Shown here one piece after another: positions 28,798-38,391 of a stretch of 54,465 bases of DNA. The notes under the pieces were generated by a model. It was given only the letters and a program-made list of their open reading frames with translations, was not told where the DNA came from and searched no databases. The stretch spans positions 1 through 54,465 of the forward strand of contig CAZUBM010000014.1 in NCBI GenBank assembly GCA_964618805.1, in the 5' to 3' direction. The position numbers and the translations under genes were made by a program. The stretch comes from an uncultured Nitrososphaerota archaeon (GTDB taxonomy: Archaea; Korarchaeota; Korarchaeia; Korarchaeales; Korarchaeaceae). The stretch's first letter is position 1. The number at the start of each line of letters is the position of its first letter.

Positions 28798-29358
28798 AGG
28801 ATGTGTAGGGGTTGCTATATTCTAAGGTTTATCCGAGTTGAGCTAAAGGTTTTGTTTGCTAGAAAAATTTGGGTCGCTTAGCATTTTTCATCAGATACAT
28901 ATAGCATACATAATGTAGCGGTTTCTCATGCTTATTGAATGAAGGGTGCAGGGTAACGTGGGTAAAACAAGGACTCAGTTCATTACCACGCTATTTTTGG
29001 CAATAAAATGGTCATATTAGCCGTTTTTGGCTTTATTACCTGAGTAGGGCACTTTAATCATTGAGAGTTTAGACGTAATCAGAGATCTTCTTGTTTTTGT
29101 CCTTGTCAAGGTTTCTAACATATTCTCTACAATATATCCTCATTTGTCTTAAATCAAGTTCTTTGCTCATCAACATAAAAAAGGACAACACTTGCTATCC
29201 AGAAGCGCTAAGCCAGTCTTAATAGAAGAAAATAGCTCTAACAAACTCATCTCATGAACTTTAATTTTTGATGACAAAAATTGGCCATTCTTGACTAAAT
29301 TTTTGAAAGCAGGGTCTTAGCCAGATTCTTGCATCTACCCTCTATTTTTAACTATTCA

Positions 29359-30558
29359 TTAGCTAACCAGCCCAGATATTTTTTGAGGAGTTTTAAGGCC
29401 GCTTCCCGTCAAAGGTACTATGACAAGCTCGTCTTTATCGATTAATCCTTCTCCTATAAGCTTCTCTAACCCAGCAAGGGATGTTGCAGAAGTGGGTTCT
29501 ACAAAGAGACCTTTTTCTGCAAGCTTTTTCCAATTTTCTCTTATTTCAGAATCTCCGACGGCCAAGGCTTCTCCTCCTGTCTCTTGAATCGACCCAATCA
29601 TTTCGTTTAGCCTTGGAGGATCGCTTATCATTATGCCTTCAGCTAGTTTGGAGCAGCCTTCGCTTTCTTCTACTCCATGTAATCGATCAACAAGAGGAGA
29701 ACAGCCCTTTGCCTGAATTCCATATAGTCTGGGCAAATTATCAATCAAATCAAGCTCTTTTAGCTCTGAAAATCCTTTGTAAGTCCCCAACAGCAAGGTT
29801 CCATGACCAACTGGCAGTACTATGGCATCAGGCTCCTTAAAGCCTATTTGCTCCCAGATTTCGAAAGCAAATGTCTTGGTGCCCTCGAGGAAGAAAGGGT
29901 TCCACACATGGCTTGCGTAGAAAGCCCCTTTTTCAGCTTCCTGCATTGCAAAGAGCGCTGCATCTCTCCTTGATTCTTTCACAATAACTTCTGCTCCATA
30001 TGCCCTTATTTGAAGCAATTTAGAACCCGAAGCATAGGAAGGTACAATGACTTTGCAGGAAATTCCTGCCTTTGCACAATAAGCAGCAACGGAAGCTCCA
30101 GCATTGCCTGATGAGTCCTCTACAGCACTTTTAACTCCCATAAGCTTGGCAGCTGATATCATGATCGAAGATCCCCTGTCTTTAAAGGAACCTGTGGGAA
30201 ACAAGAATTCCAGCTTTACGAAACATGACATGCCAGCTAACTTGAGCTGAATTATTGGCGTAATGGATTCTCCTAAGGATACCCCTCTGTCCAATGTTAT
30301 TGGAAGAAGTTCATAGTATCTCCAGAGTGAGAAAGGTCTCTGTTTAAGCTCTGGAGGATCCAAATGAATGCCCTTGGTATCTATGATGAGAGTTAAGGGA
30401 TTTCCGCACTCACACCTCCATGTCTTTCTTACTTTTTGGATGCGGCTACACTTAGAACAAAACATTTTCCATTTCTCGAAAGTCTTAGAGGGCGTATTCA
30501 TCTCTCTTAATCTCACTTTTGCTTCCTTAAAAGGTCTGATTTTCGAGGAAGCAGCCAT
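29359..30558 (-). CDS. thrC: Threonine synthase (PLP-dependent fold II)
   Basis: N-terminal Cys pairs, SLGESITP, PTGSFKDRG, DSSGNAG, VEPTSA, LTGSGLK. The true start may be a downstream Met. Confidence 0.88.
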   Translation of the reverse strand: MAASSKIRPFKEAKVRLREMNTPSKTFEKWKMFCSKCSRIQKVRKTWRCECGNPLTLIIDTKGIHLDPPELKQRPFSLWRYYELLPITLDRGVSLGESITPIIQLKLAGMSCFVKLEFLFPTGSFKDRGSSIMISAAKLMGVKSAVEDSSGNAGASVAAYCAKAGISCKVIVPSYASGSKLLQIRAYGAEVIVKESRRDAALFAMQEAEKGAFYASHVWNPFFLEGTKTFAFEIWEQIGFKEPDAIVLPVGHGTLLLGTYKGFSELKELDLIDNLPRLYGIQAKGCSPLVDRLHGVEESEGCSKLAEGIMISDPPRLNEMIGSIQETGGEALAVGDSEIRENWKKLAEKGLFVEPTSATSLAGLEKLIGEGLIDKDELVIVPLTGSGLKTPQKISGLVS

Positions 30559-30847
30559 CCTTAAACATAAAAGATCCTAGACTTCTGATCATAAAGTCGT
30601 AATCAGAGTTTTAGCTTAAGGTTAAGTCTAATTAAGAAGCCCTTCAAGAACTCTAGATCTCCTTCGATCCATCCCTAAGGCTTTTACCTTGGGCCGTTCT
30701 TAACCCCATTAGCAACTATGTTGTACTTGCTCAAGATCCTATCTCCAATAAGTTCTGCCGAAAAGGCGATAGGGATAACTTAAAGCAGGCTAATAGACCT
30801 TAGAGCAAGATAGAGGAACATATATAAGTCCCTTACTTAAGGAAGTT

Positions 30848-30908
30848 CTGGAATGATGATTCCAGCAGGAAGAGAGCTAAGATGATCGTCGATCGGCTTA
30901 CTGACCAG
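30848..30908 (+). ncRNA. Candidate C/D box sRNA
   Basis: Box C ATGATGA at 30853-30859, box D CTGA at 30901-30904, terminal stem CTGG/CCAG, degenerate internal D'/C' (GAGA...AAGATGA), and TATATAAG at 30821-30828. Confidence 0.5.
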
Positions 30909-31494
30909 TTAGTCTCTCATCCTGCCTTCGGATTAAGCGAACAACCTTGTCGACCCTATTCATCATTGTTTCTATAGCCTCTGTTTCCCTCCTAGTTATG
31001 CCACTTCCCTTATCGTTGTAGAGCTTTTTCCCATGATATGAGTTGGCTATGAAGGTCTTAGTCTTATTCATCAATAAAAGAACCCTCTCGAGCTTCCCGG
31101 CCTGAAAGTAAATTGAAAGATCGTTTATCAGAAGGATTGGTGTCGGATCCTTCAAAAACAGATTAAATAGAGGTTCTATTGCCTTCCTGTTATGCTCTGC
31201 AAGCATTATCACCTCTTTTGCGGTCTTTCCTTCAAGCCTAGGTGCTCTGAGCTGTTTAGGCTCCAGAAGCCTTACCTCGCCAATCCTCTTGGAATAGTTG
31301 GAGAGCCTTTTTCCAACGCCTAGCCTCTCTGGTCCTAAATCAATCACCGTTATCTCTTTTCCATGCCCTAGATCAACTAGCTCATCCAATATTCTGGCTG
31401 TTAGAAGAGTTTTTCCGCTGCCTACGTCTCCAACTATCAGCGTCTTCTTGCCTAGAAGCTCAGATACGCAGACTTTCCCTCGTGATTCCGGCAT
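30898..31494 (-). CDS. Small P-loop NTPase of unknown function
   Basis: Walker A GDVGSGKT and Walker-B-like ILLIND; overlaps the end of thiW. Start uncertain. Confidence 0.8.
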   Translation of the reverse strand: MPESRGKVCVSELLGKKTLIVGDVGSGKTLLTARILDELVDLGHGKEITVIDLGPERLGVGKRLSNYSKRIGEVRLLEPKQLRAPRLEGKTAKEVIMLAEHNRKAIEPLFNLFLKDPTPILLINDLSIYFQAGKLERVLLLMNKTKTFIANSYHGKKLYNDKGSGITRRETEAIETMMNRVDKVVRLIRRQDERLTGQ

Positions 31495-32056
31495 GCCTTA
31501 GACCCTCTAGAACCAGGAAGCCTAGAATGGCTCCTGGAACGCAGCTAAGAGCCCATGCTCCGTAAATTGGGAGCAAGGCTCCTATCATCCTCTCGTGCCC
31601 AAGCCATGGGGCAAAGATGTAGACTGCGATGGTTGCCCCTACGAATATAGTTCCTATGGGCTCTGTAAATGCAGCCAGTTCCCGCTTAAGTTGTACTTTC
31701 TCAAGAAGGTAGGCGAAGATTCCAACTATTAGGGCTCCTGGAACGCCTCCAGGGATGGAGTATATCGTCCCTATTCCAAGGGACATCCTGATGACCCCTA
31801 CTATTACTGCAACTAGAGCAGCCCATAGAGGCCCCAAGAGGACTCCCGTAATTGCATTGATCATATGTTGTCCAGGATAAGCCTTAGTTGCTAAGAAAGG
31901 GAACCATACGAAGGGAGCTATTACAACCCCTACGGCTGCAAGTAAAGAGGCGATGGCTACCTTCCTAAGCGATCTTCTCATCCACTCCTCCTCAAATTTG
32001 CCCTCAGTCTCTTGGGCCAGACCTCTCTCTTTCCCGCTTCTAACCATGCTCCTCAT
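31460..32056 (-). CDS. thiW: ECF transporter S component ThiW
   Basis: AYPGQHMINAITGVLLGP, GTIYSIPG, EPIGT; located in the thi operon. Confidence 0.9.
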   Translation of the reverse strand: MRSMVRSGKERGLAQETEGKFEEEWMRRSLRKVAIASLLAAVGVVIAPFVWFPFLATKAYPGQHMINAITGVLLGPLWAALVAVIVGVIRMSLGIGTIYSIPGGVPGALIVGIFAYLLEKVQLKRELAAFTEPIGTIFVGATIAVYIFAPWLGHERMIGALLPIYGAWALSCVPGAILGFLVLEGLRHAGITRESLRI

Positions 32057-33408
32057 CTCGCCAAAGAGATCAAGATTTCAGCCAATTTCACTGGATCCTG
32101 ACCAAGGAGAACTATCATTGGCTCCTTTCCCCAATCTCCAAGGTGATAGACCACATCTGGAATTCTTCCAACCTTATTTATCGCTACCTTCATGCCCCAA
32201 GGAACCGTAGCTCCTTCCTTCTCCTTAACCCCTGGAGGCTCCTCCTTTCTGTCATAGCTTGAAACCACTAGCCCCATCTTCCTAAGTCTTTCGATTAGCT
32301 CCTTCCTGTAGACAAGGTTTATTGCCGCTCTTATGTTCGGATCATGCTTCATTGCCTCTAATATGTAATTTGAGAGGTGAGAGCTTGAGCTAAACTCAGG
32401 ATAAGCGGCTGCAATAAGTCTCTTTCCAGCCCTTCTGAGCCTTCCGGGTATTGCAGCCACGTCTTCAATGCTTTCAGCGTATGGAAGGGCCATCGCAACA
32501 TTTATTCCAACCTCAGGAGATAAATCACCTACTTCTTGGCTCTGTAAAAGCTCAGAAGCCTCCTTAACCCTTCTTAAAACGTTCCATCTCTCAGATTCCT
32601 TGTAAATTAGGGCTGTGGGATTGACTGGACCATGCCCGGAGCCAACGTTAATCCCAAACATTATGCTCGCTGTTACAAGCTCTTTTGCAACCCTTATTGC
32701 CTCTAATACACCCTTTCCCTTTGCAAGTTCTGCAGCTATTGCCGCTGAGAATGTGCAACCGGTTCCGTGAGTTGTTCTCGTTTGAATTCTTGGAGACTTA
32801 AGCAGCTCAAACTTCCCATCGTAGTAAACGACATCGATTGAGTACTCCCCGCTAAGGTGCCCTCCCTTAACTACTACAGCCTTTGGACCCAGTTCAGCTA
32901 TCTGCCTTGCAGCCTCTTTTGCATCTTCCAAGTTAACCATCTTTCTTCGAAGTATCTCCTCAGCCTCAAAGGCGTTTGGAGTCAGAACAGTTGCTATAGG
33001 CAGAAGCACATCAATTAGCGTCTTCATCGCCTCTGGTTTGAGAAGAGGGGCTCCGCTCTTCGCTATCATGACTGGATCAACGACCAGAGGGAAGCCGTAC
33101 TTCTTCACCTCCTCTGCAACGGCCTCTATTATCTCTGAGGTGTGTAGCATGCCAGTCTTTGCGGCATCTATCCCTATATCTTCTGCAACAGCCTCTATCT
33201 GCTTCTTGATAATCTCAACCTCAATATCCTGTACCCCCGTTACTGCAACAGTATTCTGGGCCGTAATTGCTGTTATTGCAGCAGTCCCATGGACTCCAAG
33301 AGCTGCAAAGGTCTTAAGATCGGCCTGTATTCCAGCCCCTCCCCCTGAATCGGATCCAGCTATTGTCATTGCAACAGGAACCTTCCCTCTCGTAGGAATC
33401 CAGACCAT
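32053..33408 (-). CDS. thiD: Bifunctional HMP/HMP-P kinase and thiamine-phosphate synthase (ThiD-ThiN)
   Basis: TIAGSDSGGGAGIQADLKT and HGTGCTFS; ThiN domain PEVGINVA...DWGKEPM. Confidence 0.95.
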   Translation of the reverse strand: MVWIPTRGKVPVAMTIAGSDSGGGAGIQADLKTFAALGVHGTAAITAITAQNTVAVTGVQDIEVEIIKKQIEAVAEDIGIDAAKTGMLHTSEIIEAVAEEVKKYGFPLVVDPVMIAKSGAPLLKPEAMKTLIDVLLPIATVLTPNAFEAEEILRRKMVNLEDAKEAARQIAELGPKAVVVKGGHLSGEYSIDVVYYDGKFELLKSPRIQTRTTHGTGCTFSAAIAAELAKGKGVLEAIRVAKELVTASIMFGINVGSGHGPVNPTALIYKESERWNVLRRVKEASELLQSQEVGDLSPEVGINVAMALPYAESIEDVAAIPGRLRRAGKRLIAAAYPEFSSSSHLSNYILEAMKHDPNIRAAINLVYRKELIERLRKMGLVVSSYDRKEEPPGVKEKEGATVPWGMKVAINKVGRIPDVVYHLGDWGKEPMIVLLGQDPVKLAEILISLAR

Positions 33409-33412
33409 TTGA

Positions 33413-34669
33413 TCACCTCCTAACCCTCGAAAGGATTAGCTGGGAGGCTGCAGAGGCTCCGAGGGCTGGAAGAGTTGCACCGATGTTAGGGAGTTTGTAT
33501 GCGAAGATCATGTAAACCACGAAACCAAGTGCCCAAGAGAAGACAGACCCCGGTCTTATCCTCGGAGCCTTCTCATAAAATTCATTCAATTTGACCTCTC
33601 TCCTGATTAGAAAGAACTCAGAGAGGAAGACGCCAAAGAGTGGGACGAATGAAGCCCCTATTAGCAGGAGGAAGTGCTCGTACTCGGCAAGAGGAACTGC
33701 GTAGGCTAGAATAGCCCCAATTCCTGATGCAAGCAGGACAAGCTTCCATTGCCTAACGCTTGGAAAAGGGTTTTGAATGGATACAGCAGTTGAGTAAACG
33801 TCCGCAAAGGCATTGTCGGTCTCATCAACTAATATGGCTATTAGAGCTAGAGTTCCGAAGTACATGCTTAGTATCGAAGCAGGAGCAAGGAACTGGCCAG
33901 TTGCAATTGCAAGGGCTGCTCCAAGACTATAAAACCAGGAATTAGCGAGAGTGTATCCAAGCAAAGTTCCAAGAAAGCCACTCCTTGGGGATCTGGCGAA
34001 CCTGTTGTAATCTGAGATGAGAGGAAGCCATGAGATAGGCATCGCAATGACCAGATCGAAGGCTAGGGGTATTGAAAGACCTCCATTTCCTTGATTTGAA
34101 AGTAAGCCCGGATGTTTTATTACTTGGTAGGTTATCCAAGCTGTTGAGACGTAAACAAGCCATATTGCAAACTTCTCAAGCCACTCCCTTACGACGGCAA
34201 GAGGTCCCCCTAATGCAAAGAGAGTGACCACCAATGCAAATACTAAGAGCCAAAAGGGTCTTGTGAAAGCTCCGAGGAAGGGTCCGGAGAGTAAGGTAGC
34301 CGAGTCCATCATCACCATAAGTTCGAAAGCTGTCCATCCTACTAGCTGTATCACATTTAAAGCTGTGGGGATGAAGGAACCAGCTCTCCCAAGTACAGGT
34401 CTCAGGGATACCATGGTTGGAACTCCGTACTTGCTTCCAATAATACCAACTGCCGCAAGAAGAGCCGATCCTATTAAAGAACCAAAAATAGATGTCAGAA
34501 TTGCTTGAAGTAAGCTCAGAGATGGAACCAAGAGCATTCCAGCCTGAAGGACCAGAAGGCCTACCCCCAAGCTCGACCATAGGACAAAGAAATCGATCCC
34601 TCTCAGCTCCCTTTTATCAATAGGGACAGGATCCACACCCCACTCGGGAGGAAATCTTATCAGAGGCAT
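33413..34669 (-). CDS. cytX: Putative hydroxymethylpyrimidine transporter CytX (NCS1 family)
   Basis: LNVIQLVGW, AMPISWLPLISDY, about 12 TMs; first gene of the thi operon. Confidence 0.88.
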   Translation of the reverse strand: MPLIRFPPEWGVDPVPIDKRELRGIDFFVLWSSLGVGLLVLQAGMLLVPSLSLLQAILTSIFGSLIGSALLAAVGIIGSKYGVPTMVSLRPVLGRAGSFIPTALNVIQLVGWTAFELMVMMDSATLLSGPFLGAFTRPFWLLVFALVVTLFALGGPLAVVREWLEKFAIWLVYVSTAWITYQVIKHPGLLSNQGNGGLSIPLAFDLVIAMPISWLPLISDYNRFARSPRSGFLGTLLGYTLANSWFYSLGAALAIATGQFLAPASILSMYFGTLALIAILVDETDNAFADVYSTAVSIQNPFPSVRQWKLVLLASGIGAILAYAVPLAEYEHFLLLIGASFVPLFGVFLSEFFLIRREVKLNEFYEKAPRIRPGSVFSWALGFVVYMIFAYKLPNIGATLPALGASAASQLILSRVRR

Positions 34670-34817
34670 TTACAACACCTTATGGAGTTTTATTTTTGTA
34701 GTACGGTTCTCCTATAAGAAGGATCTATATTTTAATTTAAATTTTTAACTCTTGCTCATCGCTCGGAGGTCTACTCGCTTGAAGGAAGCTACTCTCCCTA
34801 CATGAGGTTTAACTATT

Positions 34818-35000
34818 CCAATCCAAGTAGTTCTTGAAAACTTGCAGAAGAACGGGATAAGTGCTCTGCTTGACGACAGAACGGAGTACACTCCTGGGTG
34901 GAAGTTCAATCACTGGGAGCTTAAAGGAGTTCCACTAAGGATATAAAATAGATTCAAAAACTTGGAAAAAGGAAAGGCTGTTTTCAAACTAGCGCGCGCT
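34818..35000 (+). pseudogene. proS: Prolyl-tRNA synthetase anticodon-binding-domain remnant
   Basis: PIQVV...[30 protein letters not shown], then a stop and degenerate LEKGKAVF. Confidence 0.8.
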
Positions 35001-35544
35001 GAGGAGTCTAGCAAAGAAGAGACTAGCTACGTTCTACTGTCCATAGTTTGAACATAAGGATCTAATGACTCCTTAAGAATAACAGCCCAGAAGCCGACTA
35101 GTTATCATTTTGGAAAACGAAAGCTTATATGGTCGAAGAAAGAACTAGTCAGTTCAGAACCAAAATCTGTGCAGGCAATCATAACGTAGGTTTGATTGAA
35201 CGATGCTCTATAAGTAGTTCTAGGGCCCCATCCTACAATAATTTTCTGTAATGTTTACCCAGAGCTTTTCTAATGCCTTTACTGTGTTATTAATCATATC
35301 ATGAATCGTGTAACCCTCTTCTTCCTAGCACAACAACTCTAAATATGGCGAACTCACTTCATTTTCAGTCTTAAGCTTTAATTCAAATTCTTTACTGTAA
35401 TTCCCAGCAAATAGCTTTCTAAGAAGCTCGTTTAATGTATCAAATCTATCCCTGAACTCTTTGATATTCAAGTAATTCTCTTTTGCCCCTTCACCTCAGA
35501 TATCTGAGGTAAAGGAATTGAAAATAAATCAAGAGCGTGCACAT

Positions 35545-36885
35545 TCAAATTTCAGGCTTCTTTATTTCCTCTACCTTTCTCTCTGAACCTATCTCAACAT
35601 CAGCCTCCTTTTCTAAGGTCTCAACGTATTCTACTTCACCTAATACCCTGCACCTCCTTTCTAGGTAAATCCTCCTTCCATGGAGACTTCTTGCCCTTGA
35701 TCTCTCCTCCATGACTATCTCGTCAGCATAGATATCTTCTACCCTTGCTCTCTCCTCAACTAAGACCTCTTCCGCGATAACAGGCCCCCTTATCTCTCCC
35801 CTTCTGCCTATTTTGACTTCCCTAGCCTTCGTACCCTTCGAGGTTCTGATGTATCCCCCTACCTTAACCGATTCCTCCGCTTCTATTAGCTCTGCCTCAA
35901 CTCCACCACCAATATCTATCGATTCCGCCTTGAGAACTCCTCCAACCTTGCAAGTACCTCCAACTCTAAGTTCTCCGCTGAGCAGTAATTCTTTGCCTAC
36001 TCCAATAGCTCCTCCTACGTCTATCTCTCCGCCTTCAGCTCTATCGGATATACTGACCTTGCCACCTACGTTGAGTTTATCGAAATTAAGGGAGCCTAAA
36101 ACCTTGAGAACTCCTCCAACGTCTATATCTCCCCCTTCCGCATTACCTTTAATCGAAACTAAGCCTCCAACGTCTATTTTATCGAACTTTAAACCGCTTT
36201 CTGCCTTCAAGGCTCCTCCTACGTCTATCTCTCCGCCTCTACTTCCTTTCCCAAGTTTTGCGGCACCTCCAACATCCAAGCTCTCAAACATCAATGAACC
36301 TCTTGCCTCAAATCCTCCTCCTACGTCTATATCGGTGATCTTTCCACCAGCCACGACTGCCTTCCCTCCAACCTTAAGTTCCTTTATTTCTACCTCTTTT
36401 TCTGCGCTAAAACTTCCACCAACCTCTACTCTACTAGCTTTAACCCTATCTTCGGCAGAGAAGAAACCTCCAACATCAATAAAATCAGCTTCAGTCACTC
36501 CTCCAACTTTTAGGGATCCTCCAACCCTAACCTCCTCTGCTTGGAGGTTCTTCTCGACGATGAACTTCTTATCTACCTCGAAGGAATCTGCTTTCGTGCT
36601 ACCTTTAGCGATCAAGCTTCCCCTCTTTACAGTTACGCTTGTTTCAACGTTGAGGTCTCCGTTTACCTTGATGTCCCCTCTCTTTACATCCAGCTTTGAG
36701 GCCTCAAGAGAGCACAGAAATGTGCAATCTCCCCTACATACCACTGATCCCTCTACTCTGACTTTTGGGGGTTCTCCTTCCCCTAGAATCGTCGCTCCTT
36801 CCCCTACAAGTAGGTTTCCGCTTACTTTCCCTAGTTTAGTTTTACTCCATGGTTCTACCTTTATGATCTCTGGCATACTTACCAA
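35545..36885 (-). CDS. Polymer-forming cytoskeletal (bactofilin-like) beta-helix protein
   Basis: 14 consecutive [ILV]x[VI]GG units at 16-18 aa spacing plus flanking related turns. The C-terminal CRVLGEVEY resembles the B. subtilis YhbE/YhbF type. Confidence 0.75.
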   Translation of the reverse strand: MVSMPEIIKVEPWSKTKLGKVSGNLLVGEGATILGEGEPPKVRVEGSVVCRGDCTFLCSLEASKLDVKRGDIKVNGDLNVETSVTVKRGSLIAKGSTKADSFEVDKKFIVEKNLQAEEVRVGGSLKVGGVTEADFIDVGGFFSAEDRVKASRVEVGGSFSAEKEVEIKELKVGGKAVVAGGKITDIDVGGGFEARGSLMFESLDVGGAAKLGKGSRGGEIDVGGALKAESGLKFDKIDVGGLVSIKGNAEGGDIDVGGVLKVLGSLNFDKLNVGGKVSISDRAEGGEIDVGGAIGVGKELLLSGELRVGGTCKVGGVLKAESIDIGGGVEAELIEAEESVKVGGYIRTSKGTKAREVKIGRRGEIRGPVIAEEVLVEERARVEDIYADEIVMEERSRARSLHGRRIYLERRCRVLGEVEYVETLEKEADVEIGSERKVEEIKKPEI

Positions 36886-37217
36886 CTCAACTCATCGATC
36901 CTCCTTTTTATCTCAACTCACAATTTGAGACCATCATCTAGTTAGACTATTTACATTTTTCACGGGCTTGTGTGTAAAACTACTTTTGAATTAAGCATCA
37001 CATTCAGGGCAATGATTCCTTGCAAGGAGGATTTTGTGTCCAATGATTGGGTCATCATGAACCCTATTACTCCAACATCAGCAGGTAATTTGGAAAAACC
37101 ATTTCTGAACCTCATTTTTATCATTAAGCTTTTTCCGCCTCTGATTTATAGAAGAAGCGCACAATAGATGATCCTTTCTTGTGGTAACGCTTAGTGATCA
37201 CAACAAGAGACGTGGTC

Positions 37218-37505
37218 TTAATATCCTCTGGAGCTTAGGGGCTCTCCCAATAACTTTTTCAATCTCTCAAAAAGTTCAAGAAATTCGATCCCTCTTATCG
37301 TTACTCTATAAACCCTTGATCCATTTTCTTTCTCCATCTTTACTAATCCTTTCTCCATTAGCTCGTGCAGGAACCTGTTTGCCCTGTCAACAGGAATTCT
37401 AGCACCGTATGAAGCCCTTGTTATCGTGCATCTCTCTTCCATCCTTATTGTGTTAAGTAAGTCTGCGTAAACCTCGTATCTTGTCCTCTTTGAACGTGCT
37501 GACAA
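37218..37505 (-). CDS. Winged helix-turn-helix protein (COG3432-like)
   Basis: KRTRYEVYADLL, ITRASYGARI, YRVTIRGIEFL. Confidence 0.85.
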   Translation of the reverse strand: MSARSKRTRYEVYADLLNTIRMEERCTITRASYGARIPVDRANRFLHELMEKGLVKMEKENGSRVYRVTIRGIEFLELFERLKKLLGEPLSSRGY

Positions 37506-37512
37506 TATTGGC

Positions 37513-38103
37513 TCACTCCCTAGGTCTCAATCCATTCATCACGACATCAAGCAGGGAAGCCTTAACCTTCTCCCAGTCAAAATCGAGCTCGAGAATGGCC
37601 CAATGTAGCTCTAAGCCATCAAGCATCGCTAACAGGATCGTTGAAAGCATATTTTGGTCAATGTCTTTCCTTAGTTCGCCTCTTTTGATGGCTTCTTGAA
37701 TAGTAGAAGCAAGAAGACTTTGAATCAACTTGTACTGGTCTTTCAACATATTGTTCAGCTTGGGGATTTTTGGAGCCTCAGCTAGGAATTCAGCATTCAA
37801 TCTTGCCACTTCTCTCTTCTCAGGAACCAAAGAAGAGAGATATAATGCCATAGCTTCATTTAGCTTTAGTTCAAACGATTTCTTTTGGGAGAATAGTTTC
37901 TCAAATTGCTCTCTAACCTCCGCGATGGACCTTTCTTTTAACTCGATGAAGAGTTCTTCTTTGCTCCTAAAATGCCAATATAGAGCTCCTTTACTAACAC
38001 CCGCTTCTTCAGCTATCTTATCCATGGTTGTTTTGGCGTATCCTCCTTCCGAAAAGCACCTTGCAGCCGCATCCAAAATTTTCTTTTTAGTATCCTCAAC
38101 CAT
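37513..38103 (-). CDS. TetR/AcrR family transcriptional regulator
   Basis: TTMDKIAEEAGVSKGALYWHFRSKEELF. Confidence 0.95.
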   Translation of the reverse strand: MVEDTKKKILDAAARCFSEGGYAKTTMDKIAEEAGVSKGALYWHFRSKEELFIELKERSIAEVREQFEKLFSQKKSFELKLNEAMALYLSSLVPEKREVARLNAEFLAEAPKIPKLNNMLKDQYKLIQSLLASTIQEAIKRGELRKDIDQNMLSTILLAMLDGLELHWAILELDFDWEKVKASLLDVVMNGLRPRE

Positions 38104-38115
38104 CGACTTTCAGTT

Positions 38116-38142
38116 TAGACTGACTAGTCGGTCTATATAAAA
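38116..38142 (-). promoter_or_regulatory. Probable TetR operator (20-bp inverted repeat) overlapping a TATA box
   Basis: TAGACTGACTAGTCGGTCTA at 38116-38135 has one mismatched pair. TTTATATA on the minus strand at 38134-38141 lies about 30 nt upstream of the ATG. Confidence 0.75.
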
Positions 38143-38391
38143 TTAATGTTCGTTTAATGAGGAAAGATGAAGTGGAAAACATTGGTTTAGAGGGATAGAC
38201 CTTATGTGACCATTGATCCTCTCATATAAGATTCTTAAAACGATAGATTTGAATCAAGAATCCATTAAAGGTTTAGCCTCAAACTCCAATCGGTATAGAA
38301 GCATTGTTTAAGATAAACTAACAATCTGTGATCAAGCGATGTGTGTAGGGATTAAATAAACGTAACGCTACTCGGAAGGATCTGAAAACGG

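Noticed and set aside
34670-34810. TPP riboswitch upstream of cytX
   Set aside because: No CTGAGA or other TPP core motifs; the region is AT-rich and promoter-like.
35100-35500. Degenerate minus-strand coding-like sequence
   Set aside because: Multiple stops and no family recognised, so no call can be supported.
35813-36928. 371-aa Pro/Ser/Thr repeat ORF
   Set aside because: Antisense shadow of the VGG repeats in the bactofilin-like gene.
37004-37058. Minus-strand ATGATGA...CTGA spanning 55 nt (possible C/D sRNA)
   Set aside because: No recognisable internal D'/C' boxes, a weak terminal stem and no identified target.
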